Assembly: GCA_043745355.1 (NCBI GenBank)
Contig: JAYTSY010000011.1
Span: 16,822-80,821 of the forward strand
DNA length: 64,000 bases
Source of the DNA: a bacterium
GTDB lineage: Bacteria; Patescibacteriota; Minisyncoccia; Phycocordibacterales; CAIZLB01
Direction of reading: 5' to 3'
The notes under the pieces were generated by a model. That model saw only the letters and a list, made by a program, of their open reading frames with translations, was not told the DNA's origin and made no database searches. Each line of letters opens with the position of its first letter. Positions within the stretch are counted from its first letter, which is position 1. The translations under genes were made by a program, and so were the position numbers. Of this stretch, positions 11,143-19,481 are shown one piece after another.

Positions 11143-11463
11143 TTATATGCTATCAGAATGCAAGTGTATTTTAATTTTTCTTGCATACTCTAAATCTAAA
11201 TTATCCAATTTCTGGCTTTTTTTAATGATTCCGTGTATTACATAAATACTTCCGTTATGAAAACAATAAATCAACCTTACTGAAACATTCCCCAACAATC
11301 TCAATTCAAATAGCCCGTCCCCTAGAGCTCTTGATAGAGGCATTTCGAGTTTGTACTCTTTCTCTTTGAGGAATTCTCGCGCGACATTTATTTTCGATTT
11401 TGTCTTGGAATCAAGCCCCCTTATAAAGTTCTTTACCGTGTCCAAATATATAATTTCCACCAC
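11143..11463 (-). CDS. RelE/HigB-like (Gp49-type) toxin
   Basis: MPLSRALGDGLFELR...VRLIYCF...IHGIIKKSQK pattern; toxin-first order with an HTH partner. Confidence 0.85.
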   Translation of the reverse strand: MVEIIYLDTVKNFIRGLDSKTKSKINVAREFLKEKEYKLEMPLSRALGDGLFELRLLGNVSVRLIYCFHNGSIYVIHGIIKKSQKLDNLDLEYARKIKIHLHSDSI

Positions 11464-11522
11464 CCCACCTTAACTCGCGAGATGTTATAGAAACTCAAAT
11501 AAACGATAAAATTAATGTGAAG

Positions 11523-12236
11523 CTACAGACTTTTCTTTTTCTTTGAAAAAGGTGCTTGAGTTCCCCTCCACCCTTCGATCTTTGCATGGTGCCCGCTTGT
11601 CAGGAGCTTCGGTACTCTATATTTCTTCTTTTTAAACTCTACAATCTCAGGTCGAGTGTATACATCTTTTGACGCGGCCCGTGATTCTTCCCTGCTATCA
11701 AAATTGCCGAGTACTCCAGGGACATGTCGTGAAATTGCATCAATCATAATCATGGCCGGCAATTCCCCACCAGTTGTCACAAATGGTCCGACAGAGATAT
11801 CAGTCATCTCGAACATCTTTTTGATACGTGCATCAATCCCTTCGTATCGTCCACAGATAATAATAATGTCTGAATGTGTATCAGCGTCTTTTATTGCCAT
11901 TTCATTATTAAACTGTTTTCCTGAGGGAGAAAGAAAAAATATTTGGTATTTACCTTTTACCTTTTTGATTGCGGCATCGATTGCTTTAGCAACCGGAAGT
12001 GCCTGCATGACCATTCCTGGACCTCCGCCATACGGTTTGTCATCAATACGTAGATATGGCTTTTCCTTGAAACGTTGATTGCCCGTCGGCTTCACAAAGT
12101 CGCGCGGGTTATAGAATTTCCAATCTATTTTTTTCTCCTTTTGACCTCGAGCGAGAATGGACTCACCGAGGTATGAGGAAAAACTCTCCGGAAAGAGTGT
12201 GATGAGGTGGAATGTAATGGGACGGGTCTTTTTCAT
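11523..12236 (-). CDS. trmD: tRNA (guanine37-N1)-methyltransferase
   Basis: ITLFPE, DDKPYGGGPGMVM, ICGRYEGID, TGGELPAM; start may be 12236 or 12242. Confidence 0.96.
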   Translation of the reverse strand: MKKTRPITFHLITLFPESFSSYLGESILARGQKEKKIDWKFYNPRDFVKPTGNQRFKEKPYLRIDDKPYGGGPGMVMQALPVAKAIDAAIKKVKGKYQIFFLSPSGKQFNNEMAIKDADTHSDIIIICGRYEGIDARIKKMFEMTDISVGPFVTTGGELPAMIMIDAISRHVPGVLGNFDSREESRAASKDVYTRPEIVEFKKKKYRVPKLLTSGHHAKIEGWRGTQAPFSKKKKSL

Positions 12237-12240
12237 AAAC

Positions 12241-12273
12241 AAAAATCAGTGGCCTTATAGTGCCACTGATTTT
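12241..12273. terminator. Hairpin between the DUF378 gene and trmD
   Basis: AAAAATCAGTGGC...GCCACTGATTTTT inverted repeat with A/T tails. Confidence 0.6.
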
Positions 12274-12296
12274 TGTTTAAGTCTAGAAACTGTGAT

Positions 12297-12533
12297 TTAC
12301 ATCATTGGTGCTGAAGAAGCAGGTGTTGTTGAGCAGCACTTGCAGTTTGCTTTGTGAGTAACGATCTCAGAGATTGCGGATAGGCCAACAAGTGTGTAAA
12401 TGATTCGAGCGACAATGGCAGCCTGTCCGCCAAAGATCATCGCGACGAGATCGTATTGGAAAAGACCGATGAGAAGCCAGTTCAACCCTCCGATAACGAG
12501 AAGGATAAACGTAACCATGTGTAATGATTTCAT
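12297..12533 (-). CDS. DUF378-family small membrane protein
   Basis: LLVIGGLNWLLIGLFQYDLV...IIYTLVGLSA. Confidence 0.85.
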   Translation of the reverse strand: MKSLHMVTFILLVIGGLNWLLIGLFQYDLVAMIFGGQAAIVARIIYTLVGLSAISEIVTHKANCKCCSTTPASSAPMM

Positions 12534-12626
12534 AAACGTGAAGATTAAATTAATATTTACTACTTCTTCATTTTATCATCAGGAGAAATTAATGTGTGAA
12601 GTTATACACAACCTTCCTAACACCCC

Positions 12627-12944
12627 TTAGAGCTTGAGATCAGCCATAGCCTCGTCCACCGACTTCATCGCACTACCCTCTTTTCGAGGAGCACCACCTT
12701 CGGGTTCATTGATCTTGAGATTAACTCGAGCATTATTTTTCATACCCACTACTCGAAGGAGTGTTCGAATCGCTTTAGCGGTATTACCATCGCGGCCGAT
12801 AATCTTGCCCATATCCGCTGGGTCAACGACGAGAGTGAGGAGCACGCCCATTTCATCTACTGTTCGAACAATCTTGACCGCATCGGGGTTTTCAACAAGA
12901 GCCTTTATAACGTAATCAAGAAACTGTGTATCGCGTTCATTCAT
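12627..12944 (-). CDS. khpA: KH-domain RNA-binding protein KhpA (YlqC-like)
   Basis: DMGKIIGRDGNTAKAIRTLL (KH GxxG motif); rpsP-khpA-trmD synteny. Confidence 0.9.
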   Translation of the reverse strand: MNERDTQFLDYVIKALVENPDAVKIVRTVDEMGVLLTLVVDPADMGKIIGRDGNTAKAIRTLLRVVGMKNNARVNLKINEPEGGAPRKEGSAMKSVDEAMADLKL

Positions 12945-13047
12945 GGCTTTTCTGTAAATGTTAAAGTAATACGCTAATTATACAATGTGTGAGTGGGAGT
13001 GCAACAAAGAAAGCCTAATAACTTAAAAGTCCCCTTACTGAGGACTT

Positions 13048-13413
13048 TTAGGCTACTACTTCGGCTGCGGCAGGAGCCTCGGCCGGTGCTGACTCTGGTG
13101 CGGAGGCAACTGGTGCTTCTGCCGCTACTTCTTCTTTCTTTGGAACAGTTTTCTTTGGGAGAACGTTTCGCTTCTTTTCACTAATGATCTTGTGAGAGAC
13201 GAGGAGGTTGTGAGCAGTATCCGAAACCTGAGCACCTATACCAATCCAGTACAAAATACGCTCTTTGTTCAAAATCGTTCCATCCTTTCGAAAGTCGTGA
13301 GACCCGAGAATCTCTTGTGCCTTCTTTTTTGCGGCGTTTTTAGACTCAGTCAAAACGAGTCGGAATGCCGGCTCGTTCTTTCGTCCAATTCTCTGTAATC
13401 GAATAATCAACAT
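13048..13413 (-). CDS. rpsP: 30S ribosomal protein S16
   Basis: MLIIRLQRIGRKNEPAFRLV...GAQVSDT; own promoter TTGACC(13453)-N17-TAGTAT(13430); hairpin terminator at ~13024-13050. Confidence 0.96.
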   Translation of the reverse strand: MLIIRLQRIGRKNEPAFRLVLTESKNAAKKKAQEILGSHDFRKDGTILNKERILYWIGIGAQVSDTAHNLLVSHKIISEKKRNVLPKKTVPKKEEVAAEAPVASAPESAPAEAPAAAEVVA

Positions 13414-13459
13414 ATGTAGGTAGGATACTAACAGATATAGGGAATGTGGTCAAATGCTC

Positions 13460-13534
13460 GTTAAACACAGTACGGCCTCTCTCCTTGTATCCGTATCTGC
13501 GATATACAAGGAGAGAGGCCGTACTGTGTTTAAC
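13460..13534. repeat. Perfect 31-bp inverted repeat (long hairpin, 13-nt loop)
   Basis: 13460-13490 GTTAAACACAGTACGGCCTCTCTCCTTGTAT is the exact reverse complement of 13504-13534. Confidence 0.95.
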
Positions 13535-13537
13535 TTG

Positions 13538-13606
13538 TGGAGGTGACGGGAATTAAACCCGCTTACCCTGCGTGGTGAAGGCAGGGCCCCTATCTTAGGC
13601 ACCCCC
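13538..13606 (-). ncRNA. tRNA-like / tmRNA TLD-like small RNA (69 nt, G3:U70 acceptor stem)
   Basis: GGGGGTG/CACCTCC acceptor plus discriminator A; 13-nt D region; 6-bp arm CCCTGC/GCAGGG with a 9-nt loop; 3-nt linker; T arm GCGGG-TTTAATT-CCCGT. Confidence 0.7.
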
Positions 13607-13690
13607 ATGACGTCGGTTACCAGCCTGCGTTCATCATTACTATATAAAAACACCCATTAAATACCGCTCAAAAAATACTAAATTTTCCAT

Positions 13691-13742
13691 GAAAAAACCG
13701 CCCTCTCGGACGGTTTTTTCGGAACCTTGCCTTCACCACGCA
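13691..13742 (-). ncRNA. Putative sRNA antisense to the tRNA-like RNA, with intrinsic terminator
   Basis: Promoter TTGACT(13776)-N17-TATATT(13753); body TGCGTGGTGAAGGCAAGGTTCC; terminator CCGTCC-GAGA-GGGCGG-TTTTTT. Confidence 0.65.
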
Positions 13743-13779
13743 ATGTAAATATATATCTCTTAATTTTCGAAGTCAAATT

Positions 13780-13792
13780 GGGGTCTGACCCC
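13780..13792. repeat. REP-like palindrome GGGGTCTGACCCC, one of a dispersed family
   Basis: Exact or variant copies at 15794, 20705/20730, 21585, 34311 and 50263/50288. Confidence 0.7.
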
Positions 13793-13815
13793 CTTTGTGA
13801 TAATATATAAAAACA

Positions 13816-15792
13816 ATGAACGTCATAGGCACCATAAGCCTCAACTCAAAAGGAAAAGGATTCATCACTCTCCCCGATGCCGCAAAAGATGCGGAGGATA
13901 TTGTGGTTATGCCCGAGGATATCGGTCTGGCCCTTTCTGGTGACACGATAGAAGCGACCAGTTTCAATGGATATAAAGGCGCACTGCAAGGAAAAGTGGT
14001 TAGAGTAATAGAACGAAAGAAGATCAAATATGCAGGGACTGTGACAAAGGGTATCAAAAACCCTAATAATTTCTATATCGAGGCTGATGATCATCGGGCG
14101 AATGTGACGATATATCTAAAAAATGCATCGGATTTCAAAGACCTAAAAGAAGGCCAGAAAGTATTTGCTGAGATAAATGTTGCGACATGGACCGCGGCAG
14201 ACGGACGCATTGCACCTGGTACACTTCTCGAAATCATCGGAAACAAAGGTGACAACAATACTGAAATGCGAGCTATCGTACTGGAGAGAGGTTTTGATAC
14301 TGAATTTGCGCCAGAGGTACTTGCGGGAGCTGAAGAAGCCAGCAAAAAACTTTCAAATATAACTCCCGAAGAGATAAAAGAACGACGAGATTTCCGCAAT
14401 ACATTTACCTGCACGATTGATCCAATAGACGCAAAGGATTTTGATGATGCATTGTCGATGAAGGATCTCGAGGAGAAGGATGAGCAAGGGCGACCACTCG
14501 TTGAAGTGGGCATACACATCGCGGACGTCGCACACTTCGTTGTCGAAGGCACTCCACTTGATACTGAAGCGCGTAAACGTGCCCTCTCGGTCTATCTCGT
14601 CGATCGTACTATTCCGATGCTCCCCCACGTTCTCTCAAACGGAGTGTGTAGTTTGAATCCAAACGAAGATCGTTTTGCATTTTCTGCTGTATTTGTTATG
14701 GATCGGGATGCCAATATCCGCGAACGATGGTTTGGGCGAACACTCATACACTCAAACAAAAGATTCACTTATGAAAACGCGCAGGAAGTACTGACTGCGA
14801 GTGCTGACGCTGGCGCACCGACTGGTGAATTCGCCAATGAACTTCTCGAGTTTAATCGTCTTGCAAAAATAATGCTTAAGCGTCGCAAGGAAAAGGGCGC
14901 GATTGATTTCGAGACAACTGAAATCAAATTCAAACTGGATGAAGACGGCAAACCGATTGCAGTGTTCAAGAAAGCGCGTATCGACACACACCGACTTGTT
15001 GAAGAGTTCATGTTGCTTGCAAACAAAGAAGTAGCTGAATTTATTTTCAATAAAAACAAAACTGCCACTGTACACATGGCGGGAGTCTATCGCGTACACA
15101 ATCTTCCCGATCCTGAAAAATTGCATGATCTCGCGACGTTCGTAAACGCGCTCGGACTTGATTTTCACCCGACAAAAGACATTACCCCAAAAGATGTGCA
15201 ACATCTCCTCGACCAGGCTATCGGCAATGGCGCAGAGGCTGCCATAAAAGTAGCGACACTTCGATCAATGGCAAAGGCTATTTACTCTACAAAAAATGTC
15301 GGACACTTTGGCCTCGCTTTTGAATTCTATACACACTTCACCTCTCCTATTCGACGATATCCTGACCTCTCAGTTCATCGTATCCTCGCCGATGTACTCA
15401 AGGGTAAATCAGTGACAACTCAAATGATGGCGACCCTTGAAAAAATTTGTCAGAACTCATCGAAACGTGAAGTAGAGGCTGCGGACGCAGAACGCGCATC
15501 CGTCAAATATAAACAAGTTGAGTTCATGCAGGATCGTGTTGGCAAAACATTTGATGCGATTATCTCAGGCATCACAGATTGGGGAATGTATGTCGAAGAG
15601 CCTGAAGCAAAAGCAGAAGGACTCATCCGACTCCGCGACCTTCCGGGAGATTTCTACGCAGTGGATCACAAGAATTATAAAATTGTCGGACAGCAAACAA
15701 AGAGAGAGTTCTGTTTGGGACAGGCGGTCAAAGTGCGCCTTGATGCAGCAGATTTAGATAATAGGATGTTGTCGTTTACGTTGGTTGAGTAA
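13816..15792 (+). CDS. rnr: Ribonuclease R
   Basis: TIDPIDAKDFDDA catalytic motif, HIADV, LVEEFMLLAN, YTHFTSPIRRYPDL, C-terminal S1 domain. Confidence 0.95.
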   Translation: MNVIGTISLNSKGKGFITLPDAAKDAEDIVVMPEDIGLALSGDTIEATSFNGYKGALQGKVVRVIERKKIKYAGTVTKGIKNPNNFYIEADDHRANVTIYLKNASDFKDLKEGQKVFAEINVATWTAADGRIAPGTLLEIIGNKGDNNTEMRAIVLERGFDTEFAPEVLAGAEEASKKLSNITPEEIKERRDFRNTFTCTIDPIDAKDFDDALSMKDLEEKDEQGRPLVEVGIHIADVAHFVVEGTPLDTEARKRALSVYLVDRTIPMLPHVLSNGVCSLNPNEDRFAFSAVFVMDRDANIRERWFGRTLIHSNKRFTYENAQEVLTASADAGAPTGEFANELLEFNRLAKIMLKRRKEKGAIDFETTEIKFKLDEDGKPIAVFKKARIDTHRLVEEFMLLANKEVAEFIFNKNKTATVHMAGVYRVHNLPDPEKLHDLATFVNALGLDFHPTKDITPKDVQHLLDQAIGNGAEAAIKVATLRSMAKAIYSTKNVGHFGLAFEFYTHFTSPIRRYPDLSVHRILADVLKGKSVTTQMMATLEKICQNSSKREVEAADAERASVKYKQVEFMQDRVGKTFDAIISGITDWGMYVEEPEAKAEGLIRLRDLPGDFYAVDHKNYKIVGQQTKREFCLGQAVKVRLDAADLDNRMLSFTLVE

Positions 15793-15920
15793 TGGGGTCA
15801 GGCACCAGTTTTCAATTTGCTGACTATGATCCGCTTCAATCGCATCTAATTTGTCATTTAGCGCAGATGATATATTTAGGCATGTAAATTTATGCCATAA
15901 TAAGCTAAATGATAAAAAGT

Positions 15921-15958
15921 TCGGGCCACGACTATCGGTAAGGATAATCGTGGCCTGA
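15921..15958. terminator. Hairpin between convergent rnr and a hypothetical gene
   Basis: GGCCACGA...TCGTGGCC stem with flanking extension. Confidence 0.55.
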
Positions 15959-16006
15959 ATGTGTGAACTTATTTAGTTTGAATCGTTGTTAGTGGCCAGG
16001 TTCAGG

Positions 16007-16345
16007 TCAAGGATGAAGAATTTCAATTCGACGAGGGTGTGTTCCCCGTCGTTTCAATGCACGTAGATCGGCTTCTGATGGATGCTCTCGCTTCCAAACA
16101 AATGTCGAGGGGCGCTGATCAGGAGGTAATTCACCGAAGCTTTTATCGATGAAGTCAATTTTACTCGGCGAGACAGTAACGCCGGCAAGTACTTCATCTT
16201 CGTACTCTGCTGCGATGTCCGCTTTCGTAATTTTGACCACAATGACAATTCCGTCAGTGGTTACAATCGTCACTTGAACTTCTTCATCCGAAACAAGACT
16301 GACCAGCCAAAGACCGATTAACTGGTCGAGGAGTGGTAGGCTCAT
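16007..16345 (-). CDS. Hypothetical protein
   Basis: 112-aa ATG ORF filling the gap downstream of smc; no recognised motif. Confidence 0.55.
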   Translation of the reverse strand: MSLPLLDQLIGLWLVSLVSDEEVQVTIVTTDGIVIVVKITKADIAAEYEDEVLAGVTVSPSKIDFIDKSFGELPPDQRPSTFVWKREHPSEADLRALKRRGTHPRRIEILHP

Positions 16346-16407
16346 GGTTGGGTCTAGTTAGCAATGCTAGCACAACCCTAAATGTTGGCAAGAAGAAAGG
16401 TGAATAA

Positions 16408-18690
16408 CTATTTCGCCACCGTAACTGCATCATCAAACGCAATAGAAAGAAGTTTCGAATGACCTTCACCACCCATAGTCACTCCATATATAACGCCAGC
16501 TCGAGACATAGTCTCACGATTGTGTGTAATCAAAATAAGTTGAGAATGTTTTGAAAGGGCCTCGATCATGTCGCCGTATTTACGCGAGTTGGCTTCATCA
16601 AGCGCTGCGTCTGTTTCATCGAGAATAATAAATGGCGGAGGATTCACTTGTGACATGGCAAAAAGGAGCGCGATCGAAGTGAGCGCTCGTTCTCCACCGG
16701 AGAGCATCATCAGACCTTTGGTTCGTTTGTGTGGGAGTGCAACATAAATATCAATTCCCTCTTGTATCGGTTCGTCTTCGGTATTTTCTGAGGCACCTGC
16801 AAGTTCATCGCCGAGCTCATCTGATTTTCGGCGGCGGCGGCGCTCCTCCCGAACAATATCAAGGCGCGCCTCGCCGCCGCCGAACATCAATCGGAAAAAC
16901 TTATCAAACTCTGTGTTTATTTTCTTGATACCTTCCTTGAACATAACATCCAATTTCTCCGTCAGCTCTAAAATCATAGCGGTCAGTGCGTCACTCGAAA
17001 GCTTCAGGTCTTCTAACTCTCGTGCCAAAAAAGTATCACGTTCTTCTGCTTCTTTAAATTCTCGCATCACTTCATCCCCGCCTGCTCCGCCCATTTCCTC
17101 CAATCGAATCTTATTTTTTTCGATTGCACGACGCCTCTCCGTCTGTACTTCGCGAGGCTCCACTTCGATAGTATGCTTCACATCATCTGGCATTGTCGAA
17201 AGTTCGATCTTTTCATACGCAATTGCATCGCGATTTACGATCATCACTGCCTCCTCCATATCACGCTTCCAATCCTCATCCCCTAAACGCAATCGCTCCT
17301 CTCGGAATCGCAATTGTTCCATTGTATTATGCAATTCATTCTGACGAGACATGATCTTCAAAATCGCCTTCTCTGATTCAACATTTTTATCTTTCTCCTT
17401 ATCAATATCAGTTTTAATACGAGAATATTCATCCGCTTGTTTACTCTCAGCAGTCTGGACTGCCACAAGTTCTGATTCAAATCGCTTCATGTCCGAGCTT
17501 ACTCTCTCAATCTCGGCTTGCTCATTATTTATATCAACTGCGGCCTCAGTTGATTTGTGGTATTTCAAAAACTCTCCCCACATTGATTGCACCTGCGAGA
17601 GCGCAATTCGGAGCTGTGCCACGTCTTCAATCAAAAGGGCCGAGGCAACTTTACTATCAATCTCCCGACTCAATTTTTCAACTTCTGCGAGGTATATTTG
17701 CTTCTGGCTCGCCTCGGCCGCATCTCGTTGCTTTTTTTCGATCGCACGCTTCAAGTATGCGAGCTCACCTTCAAGGCGTCCGAGCTCACGAGTGAGCGAA
17801 TCTTTCTTGCCACGAGTTTCGCGAATCTGACTGTCGAGGGTAATCAAATCAGAACTTTTTGAATTCTCTTTCTGTGCCTCTGCGAGCAATGCTTTATGTT
17901 CACTCAATTCACGCTGCAATTTTTGCAATTCGTCACCTGGCGCGGTCTTGTCGCCAATGATGCGATCACGCTCGATCTTTATGTATGCCTCCTCACGGCG
18001 AAAATATTCTTGGTACAGTGCGATCAATTCTTGTTTCAAAGTCTGCGCCTTTTCAATTTTCTCCACCTGCTTTCTCAAAAATTTTATGTGCGGTGCGATT
18101 TCACGTCGAAGCGACTCGACTTCTTTCATATGTTCCGCTGTCTTTTGGAGCTTCTTTTCGCTCTCTTCTTTTTTATATTGAAATACTTTGAGGCCGAGAG
18201 CGTCTTCTATCATCTCGCGTCGCTCGAGTGGCTGAGCACTGAGCAATCGATCCGCTTCACCTTGTGAAATGATGTGGTGCCCTGATGAGCCGATATTTGC
18301 ATGTGCCAAAAGTTCAGCAACGTCCTTGAGTCGCACCTGCGTGCCGTTTATAAAATACTCATTGATACCGTCGCGATGCACCACTCGCTCGAGAGAGACT
18401 TCATCGAAGTCCACATTGAACATGCGGTTAACATTATCAAAAACTACTTTGACTGACGCACGATTAGACCGAGAAATATCTTTACCTCCATTAAAAATCA
18501 AATCCTCTCCCTTCTTGCCTCGCATCGATTTGATTGACTGCTCACCAAGCACAAATCGAAACGACTCCGCTACATTTGATTTTCCAGAGCCATTCGGGCC
18601 TACAATAGAAGTAATGGAGGAATTGAACTCCAAAGACCCTTTCTTAGCAAAAGATTTGAAGCCGTTTATTTCAAGAGACTTGAGTTGCAT
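16408..18690 (-). CDS. smc: SMC-family ATPase, short form (760 aa)
   Basis: GFKSFA, Walker A GPNGSGKSN, Q-loop SQG, LSGGE signature, ILDETDAALD, ITHN; coiled-coil middle. Confidence 0.9.
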   Translation of the reverse strand: MQLKSLEINGFKSFAKKGSLEFNSSITSIVGPNGSGKSNVAESFRFVLGEQSIKSMRGKKGEDLIFNGGKDISRSNRASVKVVFDNVNRMFNVDFDEVSLERVVHRDGINEYFINGTQVRLKDVAELLAHANIGSSGHHIISQGEADRLLSAQPLERREMIEDALGLKVFQYKKEESEKKLQKTAEHMKEVESLRREIAPHIKFLRKQVEKIEKAQTLKQELIALYQEYFRREEAYIKIERDRIIGDKTAPGDELQKLQRELSEHKALLAEAQKENSKSSDLITLDSQIRETRGKKDSLTRELGRLEGELAYLKRAIEKKQRDAAEASQKQIYLAEVEKLSREIDSKVASALLIEDVAQLRIALSQVQSMWGEFLKYHKSTEAAVDINNEQAEIERVSSDMKRFESELVAVQTAESKQADEYSRIKTDIDKEKDKNVESEKAILKIMSRQNELHNTMEQLRFREERLRLGDEDWKRDMEEAVMIVNRDAIAYEKIELSTMPDDVKHTIEVEPREVQTERRRAIEKNKIRLEEMGGAGGDEVMREFKEAEERDTFLARELEDLKLSSDALTAMILELTEKLDVMFKEGIKKINTEFDKFFRLMFGGGEARLDIVREERRRRRKSDELGDELAGASENTEDEPIQEGIDIYVALPHKRTKGLMMLSGGERALTSIALLFAMSQVNPPPFIILDETDAALDEANSRKYGDMIEALSKHSQLILITHNRETMSRAGVIYGVTMGGEGHSKLLSIAFDDAVTVAK

Positions 18691-18744
18691 TAAGCTTTAT
18701 TTTAGCAGAAAATCACCGTTACTTCATCCCTACTTATCAAGGTT

Positions 18745-19431
18745 TTACCAGTGCTTCATTTCGAGCGCGGCTTCTGCTGCTTTCTGCTCTGCCTCTTGTT
18801 TTGATTTGCCATCGCCAGAGACGACGAGATCCTCGCTAAGGTACACCCCAACGGTAAATACTTTATTATGATCAGGTCCGCTTTCTTTGATCAATTTGTA
18901 TGCTGGGGTGACTCCCACTTTCTCCTGAGAACGCTCTTGGAAATGGCTCTTTGCATCGATGAATGCTTTATTGTCAACAATCCCCTCGATCAGACCGAAA
19001 AGCTGTGCTGCTATAAAGTCTCGCGCTGCGTCATATCCTTGATCGAGATAGAGCGCGCCAGTGAAAGATTCGAATGTGTTCGCAAGTATGTACTGGCGCG
19101 CTCGACCCGTATCTTTTGCCTCGCCTTTTGATAGAAGCAAAAATGAATTCATACCAAGCTTTTCTGCTGCTGCGGCCAATGTATTTGAATTAACAAGTGA
19201 CGATCGATACGCCGTCAATTCACCTTCAGCCTTATCAGCATATTTTTTATATAAATAATCAGTGATGACGAGTTCGAGTACTGCATCTCCCAAGAACTCA
19301 AGGCGTTCATTGTGCTCCATCTTGAGTCCACGATTTTCATTCAGGTATGAACGATGAATAAAAGCCTGCTTGAGCAGATTTTTGTCTCTGAAAACCACGT
19401 TTGCATTGCGTTCGAAAATACTGAAGTCCAT
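18745..19431 (-). CDS. rnc: Ribonuclease III
   Basis: HNERLEFLGDAVL signature; C-terminal dsRBD (GPDHNKVF..SKQEAEQKAA). Confidence 0.98.
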   Translation of the reverse strand: MDFSIFERNANVVFRDKNLLKQAFIHRSYLNENRGLKMEHNERLEFLGDAVLELVITDYLYKKYADKAEGELTAYRSSLVNSNTLAAAAEKLGMNSFLLLSKGEAKDTGRARQYILANTFESFTGALYLDQGYDAARDFIAAQLFGLIEGIVDNKAFIDAKSHFQERSQEKVGVTPAYKLIKESGPDHNKVFTVGVYLSEDLVVSGDGKSKQEAEQKAAEAALEMKHW

Positions 19432-19481
19432 ATGTTTGTTGGCCTAAACGTACCACCGAAATTCCCTTTTGACAATGTCGA

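Noticed and set aside
13538-13606. Calling the mimic tRNA-Sec, a UGA suppressor or evidence of genetic code 25
   Set aside because: It has no long variable arm, a 9-nt loop and a 7-bp acceptor. TGA acts as a normal stop here (dnaG, dnaE, rnhB) and the core ORFs are intact under code 11.
13617-13637. Mini-ORF MMNAGW directly 5' of the tRNA mimic, considered as a relocated tmRNA tag or leader peptide
   Set aside because: The ATGs are only 1-4 nt from the -10 box and so probably upstream of the TSS. There is no resemblance to ssrA tags.
13450-13653. 67-aa ORF across the RNA module
   Set aside because: It runs through a tRNA-like fold and a perfect hairpin and has no protein features. RNA structure explains the sequence better.
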